This document shows, in pieces, positions 16,769-23,012 of a DNA stretch of 23,012 nt. The first letter of the stretch is position 1; each line of letters starts with the position of its first letter. Both the position numbers and the translations under genes were made by a program. Below the pieces are notes generated by a model, which saw only the letters and a program-made list of their open reading frames with translations, was not told where the DNA came from and did no database searches. The stretch comes from Gemmatimonadales bacterium (GTDB taxonomy: Bacteria > Gemmatimonadota > Gemmatimonadetes > Gemmatimonadales > GWC2-71-9), in the NCBI GenBank assembly GCA_041613315.1, contig JBFJHJ010000040.1, forward strand, positions 1 to 23,012. The letters run 5' to 3'.

Positions 16769-17197
16769 ATGAAGATCGATTTCGCGGTCGTCTGCGACTA
16801 CGCCGTCGTCGATCAGTATGGGAAGCTCTCGGCCATGGGGATCTTCCAGCACATCTGGGTCCCGCAGTTCCCGGCCGTGCACCCCAGGACCCATCTCGTT
16901 CTCCGGCTCAAGGGCACCCGCACCGAGGTCGGCACGCACCGCGTACGGATCGTGTTCAGCGATCACGACGGCGGCGAGGTCCTGCGCGGCGATGGGACCG
17001 TCACTTTCTCCGAGCCGCCGGCCGGCGTCCTCGAGATCGAGGCGGCGGCGATCCTCGTGTTCGACGTGCCGTTCCAGCAAGCGGGCCGGTACCGCTTCGA
17101 CATCACCGTGGACGACGATATTCACACCGAGGTGCCGATCACCGTCGCCACCGGGCCTAGTTCACGCGGCTCTGGATCCTCCGGATCGCCGACGTGA
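16769..17197 (+). CDS. Small beta-rich hypothetical protein, DUF6941-like
   Basis: MKIDFAVVCDYA...GKLSAMGIF...FP...GRYRFDITVD matches my recollection of this family. Confidence 0.75.
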   Translation: MKIDFAVVCDYAVVDQYGKLSAMGIFQHIWVPQFPAVHPRTHLVLRLKGTRTEVGTHRVRIVFSDHDGGEVLRGDGTVTFSEPPAGVLEIEAAAILVFDVPFQQAGRYRFDITVDDDIHTEVPITVATGPSSRGSGSSGSPT

Positions 17198-17633
17198 TGG
17201 GCGCGTGGTCGGGCGACTCCGCCGCGGCCCGGGTGAGCTCGGCCAGCGCCTCGAGGTAGCGCCCGCGACCCTCGTAGATGCGCGCGAGATTCATGTGGGG
17301 AAAGTGGCGGGACGCGTACCGGGGCACTTGAGTCGCCCGCTGGAACCAGGGGATCGCCTCCTCCTCCCGGCCGAGCTCCACGAGATACGCGCCGATGTCG
17401 TTATAGGGATTACCGAAGGTGGGGTCTACCGCGATCGCGCGCTTGCACTCCACGATGGCCTCGTCCAGACGCCGCTGCATCCCGTACACCCAGCCGAGAA
17501 ACGTGTACGCTTCCGCCGTGGGACTCTCGGCGATGGAGGCCTGATACAGCCGCTCCGCACCTTCGAGATCGCCCTCGCGCTGGCACTCGTAGGCGCGCTC
17601 GAATAGCTTTAGCGCCCGTTCGCGGTCGCCCAT
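17157..17633 (-). CDS. Tetratricopeptide repeat protein
   Basis: About 4 TPRs (AEAYTFLGWVY, AIAVDPTFGNPYNDIGAYL, PHMNLARIY). SD-like GAAGGA upstream. Confidence 0.9.
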   Translation of the reverse strand: MGDRERALKLFERAYECQREGDLEGAERLYQASIAESPTAEAYTFLGWVYGMQRRLDEAIVECKRAIAVDPTFGNPYNDIGAYLVELGREEEAIPWFQRATQVPRYASRHFPHMNLARIYEGRGRYLEALAELTRAAAESPDHAPITSAIRRIQSRVN

Positions 17634-17644
17634 ACGCTTCCTTC

Positions 17645-17672
17645 ACTATACCCGTCCTTCACAGCGTGACAA
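17645..17672 (-). promoter_or_regulatory. Putative sigma70 promoter for the TPR gene
   Basis: Minus strand TTGTCA (17672-17667), N16, TATAGT (17650-17645). The -35 overlaps the start codon of the divergent gene. Confidence 0.5.
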
Positions 17673-19444
17673 TCTCTTGGCGGACGCTCTTGCTCGGCGC
17701 GTGCACCGCGCTCCTCGCCGCGGCGTTCGGGTTCGGCGTCGGATCCTACCCCCTGCTCGACCCGGACGAGGGTCGGAACGCCGAGGTCGCGCGGGAGATG
17801 GCGGCTTCGAACGATTACGTGCTCCCGCGGTTGAACGGCGTCCCCTACGTGGACAAGCCGGTCCTCTATTTCGCGGCCGGCGCCCTGACCATGGAACTGC
17901 TGGGACCCACGCCTGGCGCGGCGCGCCTCCCCTCCCTGCTCTTCACCATCGCTACGATCGCGCTCGTCGCCTGGTTCGCCCACCGAACGCTCGGCCGTGA
18001 CGCCGCGTGGGTCGCCGCCCTGGCCACGGCCGCGACACCGTTCACGTTGGCTTACGCCCGCACCGTGATCTTCGACAGCGCGCTCACCTTCTTCGCCGTC
18101 GCGGCGATCGTGGCGTTCTACGTCGCGGCGCAGGCGGCGACGGCGCGCCACCCGGACGAGATCGTGTCACCACCCGGATCACGGACGGCGGACAGCGGAT
18201 GGCGTGGCGGTGGCGGGGAGGACTCGGCGGCGGCCTGGTGTGCCGCGGCGTGGGCCGCCATGGGGCTCGGTGTCCTCACGAAGGGGCCTATCGCGCTGGC
18301 GCTTCCGCTCCTCGTCGCGCTGCCCTACGTCGCGTGGCGGCGGGCCTGGCGCGCGCTGGCCGATCCCGTGGCCGTGCTGCTGTTCGCCGCGATCGTCCTG
18401 CCGTGGCTCTTCGCCGTGTCACGCGAGGTCCCGGGCTTTCTTCAGTATGCCCTCGTGACCGAAACGGCGGCGCGCCTCACGACCGACGCGCTGGGACGCA
18501 GCGGGCCGTTGTGGTACTTCTTGGTGATTCTCCCGGCGGCCGCGCTCCCCTGGTCGGCGGTGGCGCTCGGGGCGGCCCACACGCTCGGTCGGTCGGTTGG
18601 AGCGACGGGACGACGCCTCACGACGCCACGCGATCCGCTGGTCGTGTACCTCGCGCTGTGGATCGTCATGCCACTCGTCTTCTTCACGCTGTCCCAGTCC
18701 AAGCGGCCGCAGTACATCCTGCCGCTGATGCCGGCGGTCGGACTGTTCGTCGCGGCCACCTGGCGCCGCGCCGCGAACAGGCTCCCCGGCGTCCGGGCGG
18801 CTGCCGTCACGCTCGCGGGACTGGGCGCGGCGTTCCTGATCGGGGATCGTGCGATCCCGGACCTCGTCCCCGCGACGCCGGCCGTCGCCGCGGCGATCCC
18901 GGCGACGGCGCGCGCCCTCGGCGTCGTCTGCCTTGCGGCCGGGATTGCCGCGTGGCTCGCGGCACGCACCGCGCCCGTGGCGCTCCTGGCGCTCAGCCTC
19001 CCGGTGGCGGCCATCCCGTTCGTGAGCCTCTCGCTCATGCGCGAGATCGGCCGCGACCGCTCGGCGGTGGAGATCGCCGCGGCCGTCGAGGCCGCCGCGG
19101 CCCCCGGCACGGAGGTGATCGGGGTCCGGGCCTTCCCGCCCTCGCTCCCCTTCTACCTGCGCCGACCGATCGTGCTCGCCAGCGCGGACGGGAGCGAGCT
19201 CACGAGCAACTACGTGTCCCGTCACTACGACCGTCTGGCCTCGGCGGCGGAGACTCTCCAACCGGCCGACTGGTGGCGTTCGGTTCTCCTGCCCTGCCGG
19301 CGGCCGCGCGTCTTCGTCGTTCGGGCCGACGACCACGAATCGCGGCGCATCCTCGCCGGACGGCTCGGCCTCCTCGCGGAGACGCGGAAGTACGCTGCCT
19401 ACGGCCCCTGCGTCCTCGCCGATCTCGCCCGAGCGGACCGCTAG
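17666..19444 (+). CDS. ArnT-like GT-C glycosyltransferase (GT83/PMT_2; lipid-linked donor)
   Basis: LLDPDEGRNAEVAREM, PRLNGVPYVDKP, ARLPS, LTKGP, PW and SQSKRPQYILP, with multiple TM helices. Confidence 0.9.
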   Translation: MTISWRTLLLGACTALLAAAFGFGVGSYPLLDPDEGRNAEVAREMAASNDYVLPRLNGVPYVDKPVLYFAAGALTMELLGPTPGAARLPSLLFTIATIALVAWFAHRTLGRDAAWVAALATAATPFTLAYARTVIFDSALTFFAVAAIVAFYVAAQAATARHPDEIVSPPGSRTADSGWRGGGGEDSAAAWCAAAWAAMGLGVLTKGPIALALPLLVALPYVAWRRAWRALADPVAVLLFAAIVLPWLFAVSREVPGFLQYALVTETAARLTTDALGRSGPLWYFLVILPAAALPWSAVALGAAHTLGRSVGATGRRLTTPRDPLVVYLALWIVMPLVFFTLSQSKRPQYILPLMPAVGLFVAATWRRAANRLPGVRAAAVTLAGLGAAFLIGDRAIPDLVPATPAVAAAIPATARALGVVCLAAGIAAWLAARTAPVALLALSLPVAAIPFVSLSLMREIGRDRSAVEIAAAVEAAAAPGTEVIGVRAFPPSLPFYLRRPIVLASADGSELTSNYVSRHYDRLASAAETLQPADWWRSVLLPCRRPRVFVVRADDHESRRILAGRLGLLAETRKYAAYGPCVLADLARADR

Positions 19445-19447
19445 CCC

Positions 19448-21289
19448 GTGTGCGGGATCTACGGCGGGGCGGCCACCGGAGGCGGTTCCCTCCGCACACC
19501 CGAAAGCTTCGAGCGGATGGGCGCCCGCCTTACCCACCGGGGACCCGACGGCCGAGGGGCCCTCACCAACGACGCCGCGCGGCTCGGCGTCGAGCGCCTC
19601 CGGGTGGTGGATCCGCACCCCCGGAGCGACCAACCGTTCCGCGACCCGTCCGGCACCGTGTGGCTCGCCTGTAACGGCGAGATCTACAACACGGCGGACC
19701 TGCGCCGCCGCTACGCGGACTACCCGTACCGCTCGCGGTCCGACATCGAACCGATCCTCCCGCTCTACCTGCACCGCGGTCCCGATGGTCTCACGGACCT
19801 CGACGGGATGTTCGCCATCGCCCTGTGGGACGCGTCCCGGTGCCGCCTCGTGCTCGCGCGCGACCGAGCCGGCGAGAAGCCGCTGTTCTACACCCGCACG
19901 GGACCGGACGTGTGGTTCGGGTCCGAGATCCAGGCTCTGCTCGAGGACCCAACGCGCTCCCGCGAGCTCGACCCAGCGGCGGTGGGCGACCTCACGACGC
20001 TGGGCTACGTGCGACAACCGCGGACCCTGTTCGCCGACATCCGCAGCGTCGAGCCCGGAACGGTCCGGACGTTCGAACCCCGAGGCGACACCGCCATCCG
20101 CTTCTGGAATCCGGCGGAGGTCTCCCCGCAGCGCCATTCGGTGGAGGACGCGGAGCGCCGGCTCGACCGCCTGCTGCAGGGCGCGGTCGCGCGACAGGTG
20201 GCGGCCGACGTGCCGATCGGCGTGTTCACGAGCGGCGTCGTGGACTCGGGGCTGCTCGCAGCACTCGCGGCCCGCCTCGTCGGCCCCGGCGCGCTCCACA
20301 CGTTTACCGTAGGGTTCGGCGAACGAGGCTATGACGAGCGGACGCCGGCGGCGCGGCTGGCCCGGGCCGTGGGGACGCGGCACATCGCCGTCGTGTGCGA
20401 TGAGCCCGCGCGCCGTGAGGCCCTCGAGGCGCTCACGTCACGGCTCGCCGAGCCCGTGGCCGATCCCGCGGCGCTTCCCACGTATCTCCTCGCGCGCACC
20501 GCTCGAGAGCACGTGACCGCGGTGCTGAGCGGCGAGGGTGCGGACGAGTTGTTCGGCGGCTACCCAACCTACCTCGGTCATCGGGCGGCGCCGTGGTTCG
20601 CCGGCCTGCCGGCGCCCGTGCGCCGCGCCCTGCGGCGGGTGGTCAACGCCCTCCCGCCATCGTCCGGCAAGGTTCCGCTCGAGGCTCTGCTCAAGCGGTT
20701 CGTCGCCGGCGCCGCCCTTCCGCCCGGCGAGCGGCACGTCGCGTGGTTTGGGAGCGGCGCCGACGATCTGTCGGTGGCCGGCGCGTCGGCAGTCACCGCA
20801 TTCGACGCCGTGTCGAGCGACGATGTCCTGCGATGCGCCATGCTGTTCGACTATCTCACCTACCTCCCGAACCAGCTGCTGGTGAAGGTCGACCGCGCGA
20901 CCATGCTCGCGTCGCTCGAGGCGCGCTCGCCGTACCTGGACCACCGGCTCACCGAGTTCGCGCTCGCGCTCGAGCCGTCCCTCAAGGTGCGCGGCCTCAC
21001 CACCAAGTGGCTGCTCAAGCGGGTCGCGCGGCGGTGGCTCCCGCGATCCGTGGTCCGTCGGCGCAAGCGCGGGCTGAGCGTGCCGGTTGGAGCGTGGATC
21101 AACGGCTCGCTCCGGCCCGAGGTGGACCGGCTGCTGGCGCCGGCGCGGCTCCGAGGCGAGGGGGTGTTGCACGGCGATCGGGTTCAGCACCTTCTGGGTG
21201 AGCATCGCCGCGGCGCCCGCGACTATGCGCGCGCCCTGTGGCCCCTGATCATCTTCCAATACTGGCGGGAACGCTGGCTGGGACGGTAA
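19448..21289 (+). CDS. asnB: Asparagine synthase (glutamine-hydrolysing)-family class II amidotransferase
   Basis: N-terminal (M)CGI nucleophile, HRGPD, NGEIYN, RDRAGEKPLFY, LSGEGADELFGGY and KVDRATM..SLEARSPYLD. The PP-loop reads SGVVDS. Confidence 0.9.
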   Translation: MCGIYGGAATGGGSLRTPESFERMGARLTHRGPDGRGALTNDAARLGVERLRVVDPHPRSDQPFRDPSGTVWLACNGEIYNTADLRRRYADYPYRSRSDIEPILPLYLHRGPDGLTDLDGMFAIALWDASRCRLVLARDRAGEKPLFYTRTGPDVWFGSEIQALLEDPTRSRELDPAAVGDLTTLGYVRQPRTLFADIRSVEPGTVRTFEPRGDTAIRFWNPAEVSPQRHSVEDAERRLDRLLQGAVARQVAADVPIGVFTSGVVDSGLLAALAARLVGPGALHTFTVGFGERGYDERTPAARLARAVGTRHIAVVCDEPARREALEALTSRLAEPVADPAALPTYLLARTAREHVTAVLSGEGADELFGGYPTYLGHRAAPWFAGLPAPVRRALRRVVNALPPSSGKVPLEALLKRFVAGAALPPGERHVAWFGSGADDLSVAGASAVTAFDAVSSDDVLRCAMLFDYLTYLPNQLLVKVDRATMLASLEARSPYLDHRLTEFALALEPSLKVRGLTTKWLLKRVARRWLPRSVVRRRKRGLSVPVGAWINGSLRPEVDRLLAPARLRGEGVLHGDRVQHLLGEHRRGARDYARALWPLIIFQYWRERWLGR

Positions 21290-21293
21290 CGAC

Positions 21294-21869
21294 ATGACCT
21301 ACGATGACGCCCTGACCCTCATGCACGAGTACACGGAGTCCGACGCCCTCCGCAAGCATATGTACGCGGTGGAGGCCGCGATGCGCGCGTATGCGCGGCG
21401 CGACGGCGAGGACGAGGAAGCCTGGGCCATCGTGGGCCTGCTGCACGATTTCGACTACGAGCGATATCCGAACCACGAGCATCACCCGACGGACGGCCAT
21501 CCCTCCCACGGCGTGGGAGTCCTGCGGGCCCGCGGCGTGTCGGAGGCGGTGTGCACCGCCATCCTGGGCCACGCGACGTACACGGGGGTGCCTCGTGCCT
21601 CGCGCATGGCCAAGACGCTGTTCGCGGTGGACGAGTTGTGCGGGTTCCTCGTCGCCTGCGCGCTCGTGCGACCCTCGAAGAGTCTCGCGGATCTGACGGT
21701 GAAGAGCGTGAAGAAGAAGCTCAAGGACAAGGCGTTCGCGCGCGGGGTGAGCCGTGACGATATCCAGCAGGGCGCCGAGGAGCTGGGCGTGCCGCTCGAC
21801 GCCCACCTCCAGTTCGTCATCGAGGCGCTGCGCCCCGTCGAGTCGCGCCTCGGGCTCGGAACGGCGTGA
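21294..21869 (+). CDS. HD-domain predicted phosphohydrolase
   Basis: H...LLHDFDYE...H...AILGHA...VDEL.GF and a KSVKKKLKDKAFARGV tail typical of a small conserved HD subfamily. Confidence 0.88.
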   Translation: MTYDDALTLMHEYTESDALRKHMYAVEAAMRAYARRDGEDEEAWAIVGLLHDFDYERYPNHEHHPTDGHPSHGVGVLRARGVSEAVCTAILGHATYTGVPRASRMAKTLFAVDELCGFLVACALVRPSKSLADLTVKSVKKKLKDKAFARGVSRDDIQQGAEELGVPLDAHLQFVIEALRPVESRLGLGTA

Positions 21870-23012
21870 CCCAGCCGGCCCGCACCCGACCGCCGCAGAG
21901 CGGTGGCGGCGACCTCGCCCGGGCCCTCGACCGCGCGGCGGCCGCGCGTGCCATCCCCGGCAACGCGGTCACCCATCTCACGGACGGGCCCGAAGCCTTC
22001 GCCGCCATGCTGCGGCTGATCGAGAGCGCCCGCCGGTGGATCCACTTCGAGAATTACATCATAAGGGACGACGACACGGGACGCGCGTTCGCCGCACAGT
22101 TGCGCCGCGCTGCGGGCCGCAGCGTGCGGGTGCGGGTGTTGTACGATCACTTCGGCTGCCGCGGAACGTCGCGGGCGTTCTGGCGCCGGCTGCGCGAGGC
22201 TGGGGTCGCGGTGCAGACCTTCAACCCCGTGAACCCGTTCCGGCCCCTCCGGTCGGTCCGGCGCGATCACCGCAAGTACGTCTCCGCTGACGGGACCGGG
22301 GCCGTGGTTGGGGGGATCTGCATCGGCGACGAGTGGGCAGGCAGCGCCGCACGCGGGCACGCCGCCTGGCGCGACACGGCCGTCGAGGTGTGCGGTCCCG
22401 CCGTGCCGGCGCTCGAGCTGAGCTTCCTCCGACTCTGGCACCGGCGGGAAGGAGGCGTGGGCGCCTCGACCGAGTCGGTCCCGGCTCGGCCGGAGGCATG
22501 CGGCGGTGCCCTCGTGCGGGTGGTCGACGGCATCCCGGGCCGGCTCCGGCTGTACCGGACGATGGAGCTGCTGTTCGCGGGCGCCGCCGAGCGCCTCTGG
22601 CTGACCGACGCGTATCTCGTGGCCCCCACCCCGCTCTATCGGAGCCTCATCGACGCCGCCCGCGACGGGGCGGATGTGCGGGTCCTGGTCCCGGGGGTCA
22701 CCGACATCCCGACGATCCGGGCCCTGACCCGGGTCGGCTACCGCGAGTTGCTCGAAGCCGGGGCGCGGATCTGGGAGTACCGGGGGCCCATGCTCCACGC
22801 CAAGACCGCCATCGCCGACGACATATGGTTCAAGGTCGGCTCCAGTAACCTCAATCCGTCCAGCCTGCTCGGGAACTACGAGCTGGACCTGCTGATCGAG
22901 GATCGGGACCTGGCGGCGGCCGCGGCGCAGCAGTTCCGCCGCGATCTCGCCGACGCCGTGGAGATCGTCCTCCGTCCGCGGGGGCGGCCGGTGGTCGCCC
23001 ACCGGCTGCCCC
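21866..23012 (+). CDS. Cardiolipin synthase (ClsB-like) phospholipase D family protein, 3'-truncated by window edge; absent from the ORF track
   Basis: GTG at 21866 overlaps the HD stop. Frame reads ...PGNAVTHLTDGPEAFAAML...IHFENYII...; HKD motifs DHRKYVSADG (His codon 22268) and LHAKTAIADD (His codon 22796), plus WRDT and GSSNLN. No N-terminal TM pair. Confidence 0.9.
   Translation, partial: MTQPARTRPPQSGGGDLARALDRAAAARAIPGNAVTHLTDGPEAFAAMLRLIESARRWIHFENYIIRDDDTGRAFAAQLRRAAGRSVRVRVLYDHFGCRGTSRAFWRRLREAGVAVQTFNPVNPFRPLRSVRRDHRKYVSADGTGAVVGGICIGDEWAGSAARGHAAWRDTAVEVCGPAVPALELSFLRLWHRREGGVGASTESVPARPEACGGALVRVVDGIPGRLRLYRTMELLFAGAAERLWLTDAYLVAPTPLYRSLIDAARDGADVRVLVPGVTDIPTIRALTRVGYRELLEAGARIWEYRGPMLHAKTAIADDIWFKVGSSNLNPSSLLGNYELDLLIEDRDLAAAAAQQFRRDLADAVEIVLRPRGRPVVAHRLP

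Noticed and set aside
14509..16770. 753-aa antisense ORF (and similar long ORFs at 485-2068, 729-2438, 2766-4316, 8594-10111, 18007-19674, 18419-20383)
   Set aside because: Shadow ORFs on alternative or opposite frames of well-supported genes. They are Arg/Gly/Pro-rich or motif-free, as expected from stop-codon scarcity at very high GC.
19448..21289. AsnB-like gene as a lasso-peptide cyclase
   Set aside because: It retains a complete glutaminase domain with the N-terminal Cys, and no precursor, B peptidase or RRE gene is nearby.
21482..23002. 506-aa minus-strand ORF as the last gene
   Set aside because: The plus strand from 21866 encodes a PLD with two HKD motifs. It is absent from the track only because it has no stop within the window.
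21294..23012. HD + PLD genes as an anti-phage defence system
   Set aside because: The PLD has the two-HKD cardiolipin-synthase layout rather than a nuclease/helicase fusion, GC content matches the rest of the window, and no mobility genes are present.

Overview
A very GC-rich, gene-dense bacterial chromosomal segment with about 22 genes. Gene content and style suggest Gemmatimonadota (inference). In order: 3' end of a caa3-type CtaG; small CbiX/SirB chelatase; OPT oligopeptide transporter divergent from an M42 aminopeptidase; HEAT-repeat protein; four-gene group I ECF transporter (QrtT-like S component, EcfT, two ATPases); M28-PDZ peptidase, GAF/fRMsr, proline iminopeptidase-like hydrolase and a hypothetical gene; polX-nth; YyaL-type thioredoxin-domain protein; DUF6941-like gene; TPR gene; and an arnT-like/asnB/HD/cardiolipin synthase run that leaves the window. 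I found no rRNA, tRNA, CRISPR array or transposase. Best observations: (1) the two ECF ATPases carry complementary degenerate motifs that disable one composite ATP site from both sides; (2) CGG-core repeats with exact 7-nt period form an intergenic inverted repeat and also sit in-frame inside the ArnT-like gene; (3) a probable envelope-lipid modification operon whose AsnB has a PP-loop substitution; (4) a PolX with intact catalytic aspartates but altered dNTP-contact residues. All family calls are from motif recognition; no database searches were run.
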